From assembly GCA_044229845.1 (NCBI GenBank), contig JBGASG010000004.1:160001-224000 (forward strand): a DNA stretch of 64,000 nt. The letters are read 5' to 3'. Position numbers and translations under genes: made by a program. The DNA is from Candidatus Obscuribacteraceae bacterium (GTDB taxonomy: Bacteria; Cyanobacteriota; Vampirovibrionia; Obscuribacterales; Obscuribacteraceae). How positions within the stretch are numbered: the first letter of the stretch is position 1; each line of letters begins with the position of its first letter. Positions 10,502 to 19,282 of this stretch are shown in pieces. The notes below the pieces were generated by a model, which was given only the letters and a program-made list of their open reading frames with translations, had not been told where the DNA came from and ran no database searches.

Positions 10502-10628
10502 GCCTGTTTCACCTGCTCATGCAATTGTTGGGGGCTGAGCATACGGTAGCGAAAACTCCTGGGATTCCCATGGAGCATTCGTGGCAGATTCGTGAAACGT
10601 CAGAGTCTTGGGGACAAGGGTGCGGAAT

Positions 10629-11000
10629 CTATGAACGTTGTTTTTTCTTCAAGAAGACTTCCACTTTCTCGATCGGTCGCCCGAGAATCGCTTTGTCGCC
10701 GCATTCTACGATCGGTCGTTGCATCAAATCAGGATGCTTCACCATCAGCTTGATCAGCTGGTCTTCAGTATGCTTGCCGCTGCCCAGATCCAGTTCTTTG
10801 TAGAGAGCATCTTTGCTGCGCAGCAAATCGCGCGCCGGTAGTTTCATCTTCGCCAGCAGCTCGCGTAGTTTCTTCTCACCGACAGGCTCTACGTAGTAGT
10901 TGATCTTGTCGTAGTCAACGCCACTCTCACGCAGCAATTTATCCATGTTGCGGCAAGTGGAGCAGGTCGGTTTTTCGTAGACAGTGATTCGCTCTGTCAT
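10629..11000 (-). CDS. ArsC/Spx/YffB-family thioredoxin-fold protein
   Basis: YEKPTCSTCR N-terminus; HPDLMQRPIV; ILGRP. Confidence 0.85.
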   Translation of the reverse strand: MTERITVYEKPTCSTCRNMDKLLRESGVDYDKINYYVEPVGEKKLRELLAKMKLPARDLLRSKDALYKELDLGSGKHTEDQLIKLMVKHPDLMQRPIVECGDKAILGRPIEKVEVFLKKKQRS

Positions 11001-11020
11001 GGTGTTGCTGGCATTCCTGG

Positions 11021-12322
11021 CTATTTGCTTTCGTCTTCCTTGGGCGGCGGCTCGTTGGGATTGAAGTCGGGATAAGTGCCGACATTGACAGCCAGAGTTG
11101 TGGCCGCTTTGTCACGCAATACCAGGATATTCAACGTGTCGCTGACCTTGCGGCTGAGCACGTAATCCTTCACTTCCTTCGGGCTGTGCACTTCCTTGCC
11201 GTCGATTTTTTGAATTACATCTCCGGTTTGCAGACCGGCGGCTTTACCGGGGCTGTGCGGGACGAATCCGGCGATCAAGACACCTTTGGTGGTGGCAGGC
11301 AATCCGATACTCTTCAAAGATGTTTCATCCAGGTCACGCATTTGAATGCCCAACCACGGTCGCTTCATGGTGCCGTGCGCGATCAGCTCGGTGACGACAT
11401 TTTTTGCCACGTCGACCGGTATCGAGAATCCGATGTTTTGCGCTCTGGCATAAATCGCCGTGTTGACACCCACCACTTCGCCTTTCAAATTCAGCAGCGG
11501 ACCGCCGGAGTTGCCGGGGTTGATGGCGGCGTCTGTTTGCAGGAAATTGATATTACCGTTGACGTCCATCAGCGTTCTGCCGATGGCAGAGATGATGCCG
11601 AGCGTGACGGTGTGGTCGAAGTTGAGCGGGCTGCCGATGGCGATCACAAACTCGCCGGGACGCAGTCCGGTTGACGTGCCCATGGGCAACACCGGCAGGT
11701 TGGTGGCGTCGACTTTAACCACCGCCAGATCCGAAAACTGATCGATTCCGACGACTTTACCGGTCATCACGCGCTTGTCGTTGAGGGTGATCTTGATCTG
11801 GTTGGTTTCTTTGCCGGTTCCGACCACGTGTGCGTTGGTGACGATGTAGCCGTCTGGGCGCACAATGAAACCAGATCCGGTATCACGCTTTTCCCAGAAT
11901 TCTTTGGGCGGCGCTTGTGCTTCCTTGGTGCCGTCCGGCGCCGGCGGCGCACCATCGAGCTGATTGGGCGACATCCGCTGCCCACCGAAAAACAACTGCA
12001 ACATGCCGAGGATGTCCTGGGAGGAAGTGCCCTCAGGAAGCCGGAGTCCGTTCAGCGATTCGGGAAGCTTCATGCCGTTCAAAGACCCGATGTTCGGCAT
12101 GGTCACTTTGTTCATGATCTCGATGTTGACGACGGCCGGTGCGGCTTTTTCAGCAACATCCGCGACCGTGTTGGCGCCGAAGATAAAAGCACCCGCCTGA
12201 CTGCTGGCCGAGCGCGAAGCCGTGCCGCCGTCATTTTCTTGCGCGAAAGCAGGCGCATAAGCGGAGCTGCCGAAGAGAACGAGCGATGCGGCGGCCAGCA
12301 GTTTCTTCTTTGTCACTAGCAT
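11021..12322 (-). CDS. htrA: HtrA/DegP-family periplasmic serine protease (trypsin domain + one PDZ)
   Basis: Signal peptide; GSGFI, TNAHVV, DLAVVKV, QTDAAINPGNSGGPL; C-terminal PDZ (PWLGI). Confidence 0.92.
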   Translation of the reverse strand: MLVTKKKLLAAASLVLFGSSAYAPAFAQENDGGTASRSASSQAGAFIFGANTVADVAEKAAPAVVNIEIMNKVTMPNIGSLNGMKLPESLNGLRLPEGTSSQDILGMLQLFFGGQRMSPNQLDGAPPAPDGTKEAQAPPKEFWEKRDTGSGFIVRPDGYIVTNAHVVGTGKETNQIKITLNDKRVMTGKVVGIDQFSDLAVVKVDATNLPVLPMGTSTGLRPGEFVIAIGSPLNFDHTVTLGIISAIGRTLMDVNGNINFLQTDAAINPGNSGGPLLNLKGEVVGVNTAIYARAQNIGFSIPVDVAKNVVTELIAHGTMKRPWLGIQMRDLDETSLKSIGLPATTKGVLIAGFVPHSPGKAAGLQTGDVIQKIDGKEVHSPKEVKDYVLSRKVSDTLNILVLRDKAATTLAVNVGTYPDFNPNEPPPKEDESK

Positions 12323-12337
12323 AATGTGGTTCCGTCC

Positions 12338-13537
12338 TTAACGTCTGCCCATTCCGAGCTGCTGCGCACTCTGGAAAACCTTTCCTTCCGTGAGAATCGA
12401 CGGCGCGATAATCACTTCCACTTCCTGCATTTCCTTCAGGTTGGAAGCCCCGAGCGTGGACATGCTGGTTTTCAGCGCTCCGACCAGGTTTTGCGAACCA
12501 TCATCGACTGTCGCCGGTCCCATCAGAATCTGTTGCAGCGTAGCGCCGCTGCCGACTTTGATGCGAGTGCCGCGCGGCAGAACCGGACTGGGAGTCGCCA
12601 TTCCCCAGTGAAATCCATTGCCCGGCGCTTCGGTCGCGCGCGCGAAGGGCGAACCGATCATGACGGCGTCGGCACCACAGGCGATGGCTTTGCAGATATC
12701 ACCGCCCACCACCATGCCGCCATCGGCTATCAATGTCACTGGCCGTCCGCTCTCCGCTTCATAGTCGCGCTTAGCGGCGGCGCAATCGGCGATGGCGGTC
12801 GCCATCGGTACACCAATACCGAGCACGCTGCGCGATGTGCAAGCCGCTCCGGGACCGACGCCGACGAGAATGCCGGCGACGCCGGTTTGCAACAAAGCCA
12901 GCGCGGCATCATAAGTAACGCAATTGCCGACAATCACCGGCACTCCGATCTCTTTGCAAAACGACTGCAAGTCGAGTTGCGTGTTGCCTTCGGCAGTGCG
13001 GTGTTCGATGCCGGTGACGGTCGATTGCACAACCAGAATATCCAGTCCGGCTTTGACAGCGGCCGGTCCATATTTGCGCGCCATGTTCGGCGTCACCGAT
13101 GCTGCAGCCAGGACGCCCTGCGCCTTGATTTCTTTGACGCGTTTTTCAATCAACTCTTCACGCACAGGCTCGGCGTACAGCTTTTGCATAACTTCGACGA
13201 ACTCGCGGTTATCGCAATGCGTCACGGTCTGGTAGGACTCGAAAGTGCTTTCGTAGCGTGTCTGCAATCCTTGCAGATTCAAAACACCAAGCGCGCCCAT
13301 CTTTCCGAGCGCGCCTGCTACTTTTACATCTACGACACTGTCCATCGCCGACGCGAGAATCGGCACCGCCAGCTTATGCCCCGCGATGTTGACTGATACA
13401 TCGCATATATCTATGTCCAGGGTCAGCGAGCCCGGGACCAGCGCGATTTCATCGAACCCGTAGGCGCGCCGCGTCGGCTTGCCTCGCCCGATGAACATTC
13501 CGCCTGCCGTCAGCTCTTCTTTGGTAACCGTCTGCAT
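12338..13537 (-). CDS. guaB: GuaB3-family IMP dehydrogenase-related protein
   Basis: RRAYGFDEIALVP, ASAMD, GVGPGAACTSR (catalytic Cys), IADGG, HWGMA; no CBS pair. Confidence 0.88.
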   Translation of the reverse strand: MQTVTKEELTAGGMFIGRGKPTRRAYGFDEIALVPGSLTLDIDICDVSVNIAGHKLAVPILASAMDSVVDVKVAGALGKMGALGVLNLQGLQTRYESTFESYQTVTHCDNREFVEVMQKLYAEPVREELIEKRVKEIKAQGVLAAASVTPNMARKYGPAAVKAGLDILVVQSTVTGIEHRTAEGNTQLDLQSFCKEIGVPVIVGNCVTYDAALALLQTGVAGILVGVGPGAACTSRSVLGIGVPMATAIADCAAAKRDYEAESGRPVTLIADGGMVVGGDICKAIACGADAVMIGSPFARATEAPGNGFHWGMATPSPVLPRGTRIKVGSGATLQQILMGPATVDDGSQNLVGALKTSMSTLGASNLKEMQEVEVIIAPSILTEGKVFQSAQQLGMGRR

Positions 13538-13652
13538 TTAGGTCTCCCTGAAAATCGGAAAGTGGGCATCTACAGCGCCTCACCGCGCGCTTTGAAGCAC
13601 ATATTAGCACCAGTTATAGTTGTGCTGATGTAAAGAACCGATGATTTGATAC

Positions 13653-14858
13653 ATGCGTCCCTTAAAACCGCTCACAGTCATTGGTCTCAACAGCGGCACA
13701 TCGATGGATGGAGTCGATGCTGCCATGTTCCGAATTATTCCAGTGCGCCGCACCGGCGGGGGCAATGGTTCGGCCGCCACGTTACGCCTGGAAATCGAGA
13801 TGCAGGACAGCTTGTTGCATGGGTTCGAGCCGGCATTCAAGCGCAAGATGCAGTCTTTGATCGCAGGGGGCAGCGTATCTCTGGAAGAGCTCTCCCGGCT
13901 GAATGTGGCGTTGGGCGAAGTTTTTGCACAGGCGACACTGGCGCTACTCCGGCGCACTGGCATGACTCGCCACGAAGTCGATCTGATCGGGTCGCACGGG
14001 CAGACCATCTGGCATGCACCGGCAATCAAGAGTTTTGCCGGCATCCCGACGCGCAGCACGCTGCAACTGGGAGAACCGGCAATTATCGCCCAGCGCACCG
14101 GCATTCCTGTAGTTGCTGATTTCCGTGTTCAAGACATGGCGGCCGGCGGTCAGGGCGCTCCGCTTGTGGCTTTCGCCGACGAGGTTATCTTTGGTGGCAC
14201 GGGCACGCCTGTCGGTGTTTTGAATATCGGCGGCATCGCCAACATCACCGTGCTCAACGAGCATGGCGACGCAGTTATGGCGTTCGACACCGGTCCAGGC
14301 AACATGCTCATGGACCACGCGATGAGCAAGCTCTTCGGCGAAGAATTCGATGAAGGCGGCGCCATCGCCGACTCTGCGCAACCGGATGAGAAGTGGCTGA
14401 CAGAACTGCTGGCTCAGCCCTACTTCCAGGTGAAGCCGCCCAAGACCACCGGACGCGAGCTCTTCGGCACGCAGTATTGCAACAAATTGATCGATGAAGG
14501 GCGCAAGCGCGGCTTGAGCAACGAAGCAATCGTGTCGACTTTCACCTCTTTGACGGCTCGTTCGATTGCCGACGCCTACGAGCGTTTTGTGCTGCCCGTC
14601 GAGAAACTCACCATGGTCGTCCTTGGCGGCGGTGGCGCCGACAATGCCACTTTGTGCAAGCGCCTGCAGAAAGCGTGGCCGCATAAACTCGCAGCCGGTT
14701 GGAAGCGCCATGAAGATTTCGGCATGTCGACGAAGTACAAAGAAGCACTGCTGTTTGCACTTCTGGCTTACACGACGCATTTCGGAATTCCCAACAACGT
14801 GCCGCAATGCACAGGTGCCGGAGGGCGGGTCTGCCTGGGGAAAATAGTCCGCCCGTAA
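13653..14858 (+). CDS. anmK: Anhydro-N-acetylmuramic acid kinase
   Basis: GLNSGTSMDGVD, GSHGQT, DFRVQDMAAGGQGAPL, NIGGIAN, FDTGPGN, PPKTTGRE, KEA. Confidence 0.93.
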   Translation: MRPLKPLTVIGLNSGTSMDGVDAAMFRIIPVRRTGGGNGSAATLRLEIEMQDSLLHGFEPAFKRKMQSLIAGGSVSLEELSRLNVALGEVFAQATLALLRRTGMTRHEVDLIGSHGQTIWHAPAIKSFAGIPTRSTLQLGEPAIIAQRTGIPVVADFRVQDMAAGGQGAPLVAFADEVIFGGTGTPVGVLNIGGIANITVLNEHGDAVMAFDTGPGNMLMDHAMSKLFGEEFDEGGAIADSAQPDEKWLTELLAQPYFQVKPPKTTGRELFGTQYCNKLIDEGRKRGLSNEAIVSTFTSLTARSIADAYERFVLPVEKLTMVVLGGGGADNATLCKRLQKAWPHKLAAGWKRHEDFGMSTKYKEALLFALLAYTTHFGIPNNVPQCTGAGGRVCLGKIVRP

Positions 14859-14892
14859 CTGAACCGGCGCGCTGATAAGTGGGTACATAGGC

Positions 14893-14928
14893 ATCGGAAT
14901 CGCAATAGCAATCGCAATCGAAATCGAG
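14893..14928. repeat. Six tandem degenerate hexamers (ATCGCA-like) in the intergenic region
   Basis: ATCGGA ATCGCA ATAGCA ATCGCA ATCGAA ATCGAG. Confidence 0.6.
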
Positions 14929-14935
14929 AAATCAC

Positions 14936-16168
14936 GTGGCTACTGAAATCGAAGGTATGGTGTCGTCCGACCTGCACATACCGCCTGGTATCAACTATGA
15001 ATGCACCAGTTGCGGCAAGTGCTGCGGAGGCTGGGCCGTGCCCCTGACACCGGAAGACTACGACCGCATCGTCGAAGTCGACTGGGCGGCGCACCATGCC
15101 AGTTTCCACGCCAAGACCCTGTTTCGCGATCTGAACAAACACGAAAAGGTCGACACGCCCTACTCTCACAAGATAGTCTCGGAAACCGGCGTTTGTCCGT
15201 TTCTTGCCGACAATTTGTGTTTCATGCACAGCAAGTTCGGTTCGGAATTCAAGCCGACGATTTGCCAGCTGTTTCCTTATGCTTTCAGTGTCACTCCCAG
15301 TGGTGTCTATGCCACTGTCAGTTTCGTCAGCATGGGCAGCCTCTACAACTCAGGCCGGCCGCTTGCCGAGCAGCGAGAAGTGCTGGAGAAAAAGTATTCC
15401 GAATTCAAGCGACTCTACACAAACTACAAACCCGACTGGTCGAAGATCGAGCTGACCAAGGGACAGCCGCTCACGTGGGATGAATACCTGTCCATCGAAA
15501 AGGAGATGCTGGCGATTCTCGATGACACCACTTTGACGATCGAAAAACGCCTGCTCAAAATGTCATCGTATCTGGTATCACAGGTAAAAGCCGGGGGCAG
15601 CGCCGCCTCCGCCACCGCGGCCGCAGAATCGGCTCAGGACGCGGATGCGCTGACCAAGCTGGACCGGCACATTCTGGTCAACTTCCACCGCATGTACTAC
15701 CCGACCAAAACACTCAAACGCGGGCAAGCAGATTTCAGCATCGCCCGCCTCTTCGCTCAATATCACTTAGGAAGCGATAAGATTCTGGTTCCCGGCGAGA
15801 AATACAAAATTGCCGATCTCAAAGACTACCCGTGGCCGGATGATGATCCGGAAATGGATAGTCTCTTATATAGGTATATCTACTCTTTCATTTTCGGGAA
15901 GAAGTTTTTCGGAGCAGGTTTCGGGCACGTAAGCGTGATCGCTGGCTTCCATCACTTACTGATGCTCTACTGTCTGATTAAACTACAGTGCAAGGCCACT
16001 GCTAAATTCAGGGGAGCCATCCTACCTAATATGTTGGACCTGGCGCTGACTGTCCGCCAAACCGAACGCCAGGTCGGGGAGACGAAACTGGGCGGTTATG
16101 CCGCCGCCGCCTTCGAGATGCTGCTCTTCAGCCCCGGGCGGGCGCGGCGTTTCATCGCCAATACCTGA
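14936..16168 (+). CDS. YkgJ-family cysteine-cluster protein (FliB flagellin-methylase-like)
   Basis: YECTSCGKCC, CPFL...C.MH, KPTICQLFPY; ~410 aa with a helical C-terminal extension. Confidence 0.75.
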   Translation: MATEIEGMVSSDLHIPPGINYECTSCGKCCGGWAVPLTPEDYDRIVEVDWAAHHASFHAKTLFRDLNKHEKVDTPYSHKIVSETGVCPFLADNLCFMHSKFGSEFKPTICQLFPYAFSVTPSGVYATVSFVSMGSLYNSGRPLAEQREVLEKKYSEFKRLYTNYKPDWSKIELTKGQPLTWDEYLSIEKEMLAILDDTTLTIEKRLLKMSSYLVSQVKAGGSAASATAAAESAQDADALTKLDRHILVNFHRMYYPTKTLKRGQADFSIARLFAQYHLGSDKILVPGEKYKIADLKDYPWPDDDPEMDSLLYRYIYSFIFGKKFFGAGFGHVSVIAGFHHLLMLYCLIKLQCKATAKFRGAILPNMLDLALTVRQTERQVGETKLGGYAAAAFEMLLFSPGRARRFIANT

Positions 16169-16170
16169 CC

Positions 16171-16281
16171 TGTGCTGGATCCGCACATTTTCGAGCTCTG
16201 CGTGCGCACTTTTCGCATGTCGAGCCCCGTTTTAATGTCGAGGTGAGCACAGGAATGCAGAAAATGTGCGGATCCGGCACA
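16171..16281. repeat. 22-bp inverted repeat (21/22 match) flanking a 67-nt spacer
   Basis: TGTGCTGGATCCGCACATTTTC (16171-16192) and GAAAATGTGCGGATCCGGCACA (16260-16281). Confidence 0.8.
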
Positions 16282-16426
16282 CCCCAGCAGGGCGGACTCG
16301 CCGCCTCAGCCTGGGCCGATGGAGGCTAACTGTGCGAAAAGTCCAGGTTTATCGCATATTTGGTCCACCGCAGGTGCTTAGATTTGCCGCCAGTTGGGCA
16401 TTTAACCTTTACGGGGAACCGAACTC

Positions 16427-16498
16427 TGCACTATTTTTCGAAAATGTAGTGCAGATAACAACAGGGATGTTGACTACTGCTCAGTTCTAAGTTAGTCT
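16427..16498 (+). promoter_or_regulatory. Palindromic operator plus sigma70-like promoter of pilin-like copy 1
   Basis: TGCACTATTTTTCGAAAATGTAGTGCA (16427-16453), 16-nt gap, then TTGACT (16470)-17 nt-TAGTCT (16493). Confidence 0.7.
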
Positions 16499-16584
16499 TG
16501 CCAGACAGATTGCTTTCGGCAACCCTCGGTCCTCTTTTACTAAACAATCGAGCTTCTTTTCACCGCGTCAGGGAGATGCTTCCT

Positions 16585-17088
16585 ATGAAAACATTGTCCA
16601 AACTTACTATGGCCGCCGCTATGTCCCTCGCCCTCACCGCCCCAGCAATGGCGCAAGATGTGTTCGGAACAGCTGATACCGGAGCTACCGGTGCCACCAA
16701 CAGCAGCGGCAACACCACGTTGACCCAAACCCAAATGAACGGCGTACAACAAGCCCCAGAACTGCAAGGTGCCACCAACGGTACCGTCGGTCCGCAAGGC
16801 GATGATGCCACCGTCATTATGGGCGTCAACACAGCCGGTACGGTTCGCGTGAACAACCTCGCCAACTTGGAAGCGTTGCTCAACATCATCGCGAACGGTA
16901 TGGAAATTCTTGGTATCGCCTGGGGCGGACCGACAATGATCATGGGCTTCATGCACATGGCTGCCGGTACGCAAGATGCTATGAAGCGCGTCCTTTGGGG
17001 CGGCGCTGGTGTGACAGGCGGTCTCGCGACCCCTGGCTGCATCAACTGGCTCGTTGCATCGGCTCGCGACGCCAACCTGTTCAGCTAA
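16585..17088 (+). CDS. Secreted pilin-like protein, copy 1 (VirB2/TrbC-like hydrophobic hairpin)
   Basis: GGGAG RBS; signal peptide ending PAMA; polar T/G/N/Q-rich segment; two hydrophobic helices with a short loop. Mature 144 aa identical to copy 2. Confidence 0.8.
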   Translation: MKTLSKLTMAAAMSLALTAPAMAQDVFGTADTGATGATNSSGNTTLTQTQMNGVQQAPELQGATNGTVGPQGDDATVIMGVNTAGTVRVNNLANLEALLNIIANGMEILGIAWGGPTMIMGFMHMAAGTQDAMKRVLWGGAGVTGGLATPGCINWLVASARDANLFS

Positions 17089-17110
17089 TCGCTGTACGGA
17101 TCTAGATATA

Positions 17111-17141
17111 GGAAGGGGCGGGCAACCGCCCCTTCCGCTTT
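17111..17141 (+). terminator. Hairpin terminator after copy 1
   Basis: GGAAGGGGCGG-GCAA-CCGCCCCTTCC, 11-bp perfect stem; weak U tract. Confidence 0.7.
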
Positions 17142-17260
17142 GTCAGTCACTCCTCGACTTCATCGACTCCCATGGATAACCCTGTCACCGGCACTCCTTC
17201 AAAGTGCTACTTTGAATAAAGGATCACCCAGAGCATCTCCAACCACGTGGGTACGAGACC

Positions 17261-17557
17261 ATGAAACTGCCATTCTCCAGCCTAGTCTTGCGCGCTTCCG
17301 GCTTGCTGCCGGCGGTCTTTATGTATGCGAGCGAAGCGGCTCATGCCTGTGGTGGTAGTGGTGGTCCAAATCTCTTTCAGGTGGGTCTTCTGACTTTGGC
17401 TACCGCCTGCTGCCTGTTCGGCACACCCTTTATCGCCTTCGGGTTCATCAACTTTCTGTCCGGCGACACCAGAGGGGGCGCTCTGCGCGTCCTTACCTTT
17501 ATAGGTGCGATGGGCATAGTTGTGACCTCGATAGTCGTGCTCGAACACACCCACTAA
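17261..17557 (+). CDS. Small membrane protein, divergent paralogue of the pilin-like proteins
   Basis: FGTPFIAFGFINFLSGDTRGGALRVL aligns with WGGPTMIMGFMHMAAGTQDAMKRVL (G-x-P, GF, G, RVL). Signal-like N-terminus ending AHA. Confidence 0.55.
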   Translation: MKLPFSSLVLRASGLLPAVFMYASEAAHACGGSGGPNLFQVGLLTLATACCLFGTPFIAFGFINFLSGDTRGGALRVLTFIGAMGIVVTSIVVLEHTH

Positions 17558-17608
17558 GGGCATCCAGGCGCCTTTGCGCCGGCCGCCCAAACAAGTCCCC
17601 GAAAAATC

Positions 17609-17681
17609 TGCATTTTCTTCCGGAAAATGTAATGCATTTAACAAAATAACGGTTGACTTGTAAGGGGGTTGCACTTAATCT
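17609..17681 (+). promoter_or_regulatory. Palindromic operator plus sigma70-like promoter of pilin-like copy 2
   Basis: TGCATTTTCTTCCGGAAAATGTAATGCA (17609-17636), 16-nt gap, then TTGACT (17653)-17 nt-TAATCT (17676). Confidence 0.7.
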
Positions 17682-17773
17682 ATTGCCTACGGTTGCGTTG
17701 CAACTATTTTCTGCCCGAACCTTACTAACTATTCGAATACCAATTTCTCTCTCGCCTCGAGGAGGTTTCTTTT

Positions 17774-18280
17774 ATGCGTATTAACCTTACCAACCTCGCC
17801 CTCGCCGCCTCTACCGCCCTCGTACTCGGCGCTCCAGCAATGGCGCAAGACGTGTTCGGTACCGCTGACACCGGAGCTACTGGTGCCACCAACAGCAGCG
17901 GCAACACCACTCTTACCCAAACCCAAATGAACGGCGTTCAACAAGCCCCGGAACTGCAAGGTGCCACCAACGGTACAGTCGGTCCGCAAGGCGATGATGC
18001 CACCGTCATTATGGGCGTCAACACTGCTGGTACAGTTCGCGTCAACAACCTGGCCAACTTGGAAGCGTTGCTCAACATCATCGCCAACGGTATGGAAATT
18101 CTGGGTATTGCGTGGGGCGGACCTACAATGATCATGGGCTTCATGCACATGGCCGCCGGCACCCAAGATGCCATGAAGAGAGTGCTGTGGGGCGGCGCCG
18201 GTGTAACCGGTGGTCTCGCAACCCCAGGCTGCATCAACTGGCTAGTCGCATCGGCTCGCGACGCCAACCTGTTCAGCTAA
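17774..18280 (+). CDS. Secreted pilin-like protein, copy 2
   Basis: AGGAGG RBS; signal peptide ending PAMA; mature region identical to copy 1. Confidence 0.8.
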   Translation: MRINLTNLALAASTALVLGAPAMAQDVFGTADTGATGATNSSGNTTLTQTQMNGVQQAPELQGATNGTVGPQGDDATVIMGVNTAGTVRVNNLANLEALLNIIANGMEILGIAWGGPTMIMGFMHMAAGTQDAMKRVLWGGAGVTGGLATPGCINWLVASARDANLFS

Positions 18281-18308
18281 GTTTTTCCCCCGCCAACGCC
18301 AACCAGGG

Positions 18309-18330
18309 ACCTCCCGAAAGGGAGGTTTTT
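18309..18330 (+). terminator. Intrinsic terminator after copy 2
   Basis: ACCTCCC-GAAA-GGGAGGT-TTTT. Confidence 0.8.
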
Positions 18331-18360
18331 GGTATTTTCAAATCGTTTTGAAGACTCTCA

Positions 18361-18441
18361 AATCCCGCTCATAGAGCGGGATTCTGCTTTGCGCGAGCTA
18401 GGGTAAAGCGCCTTGAGTGCAAGAAACAATCGTCGTAAGCT
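18361..18441 (+). promoter_or_regulatory. Perfect palindrome plus sigma70-like promoter of pilin-like copy 3
   Basis: AATCCCGCTC-ATA-GAGCGGGATT (18361-18383); TTGAGT (18413)-17 nt-TAAGCT (18436). Confidence 0.6.
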
Positions 18442-18528
18442 CAGCTTATGGGTTGCGTTGTAACCCAGTCCACAGTACTTACTTACTACTTGTTTCACCA
18501 TTCATCTCCACAGGGAGGTCGTTTTACT

Positions 18529-19038
18529 ATGGGTAATTTTCTGACCAAACTCACACTGGGAGCGGGCGTCGGCTTGATGCTCGCTGCACCAGGCGCGATG
18601 GCACAAGACGTTTTCGGCACTGCCGACACCGGAGCGAGCGGGCTCCAGCACTCGAGCGGCAACACAACACTCACACAAACCACCATGAACGGAGTACAAC
18701 AAGCACCGGAATTACAAGGCTCGACTTTCGGCACCATTGGTCCACAACAGGAAGACGCCACAGTGATCATGGGCGTCAACACTGCCGGCACGGTTCGCGT
18801 GAACAACCTCGCCAATTTAGAAGCTCTGCTCAACATCATCGCCAACGGCATGGAAATTCTCGGCATCGCCTGGGGTGGTCCGACCATGATCATGGGCTTC
18901 ATGCACATGGCCGCCGGAACGCAAGATGCGATGAAGCGAGTCTTGTGGGGCGGTGCCGGAGTCACCGGTGGTCTGGCTACGCCAGGTTGCATCAACTGGT
19001 TGGTGGCATCAGCCCGCGACGCCAACCTGTTTAGTTAA
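18529..19038 (+). CDS. Secreted pilin-like protein, copy 3 (variant N-terminal segment)
   Basis: GGGAGG RBS; signal peptide ending GAMA; 10 substitutions in the first 50 mature residues, last 94 identical to copies 1 and 2. Confidence 0.8.
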   Translation: MGNFLTKLTLGAGVGLMLAAPGAMAQDVFGTADTGASGLQHSSGNTTLTQTTMNGVQQAPELQGSTFGTIGPQQEDATVIMGVNTAGTVRVNNLANLEALLNIIANGMEILGIAWGGPTMIMGFMHMAAGTQDAMKRVLWGGAGVTGGLATPGCINWLVASARDANLFS

Positions 19039-19086
19039 TAGATAGAACAAAGCATTTCATCCCTCGAAATGAGGAAAGGACCAATG

Positions 19087-19108
19087 ACCTCCCGCAAGGG
19101 AGGTTTTT
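19087..19108 (+). terminator. Intrinsic terminator after copy 3
   Basis: ACCTCCC-GCAA-GGGAGGT-TTTT, same stem as the copy 2 terminator. Confidence 0.8.
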
Positions 19109-19282
19109 GGTTTGTGAGCCCGTGGGAGCGCAGGGGGTCTTAATCGCCACCCGGGAAAAGGCACCGAACAACGGGATTGTCATGAAGCTCGAGCGAGTTA
19201 CGTTATACCGGGATTTTTTTCCACGACACGGTTGAGACCTCTCCTCAGCTCTAAAATTGTTGAAAGCGGGAGACACTGTGAC

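Noticed and set aside
14893..14928. Hexamer repeat as a phase-variation tract (also the 9-mer at 29391)
   Set aside because: Degenerate or short, intergenic, and a multiple of 3; nothing indicates a switching function.
16498..16584. Longer N-termini in the ORF track for pilin-like copies 1 (16498) and 3 (18448)
   Set aside because: These starts fall at the predicted promoter/TSS. RBS position and alignment with copy 2 support 16585 and 18529.
16585..19038. Triplicated genes as an assembly artefact, or as a DGR template/variable-repeat pair
   Set aside because: Copies differ at synonymous sites and in signal peptides and flanks. Differences are not adenine-specific and no reverse transcriptase is in the window.
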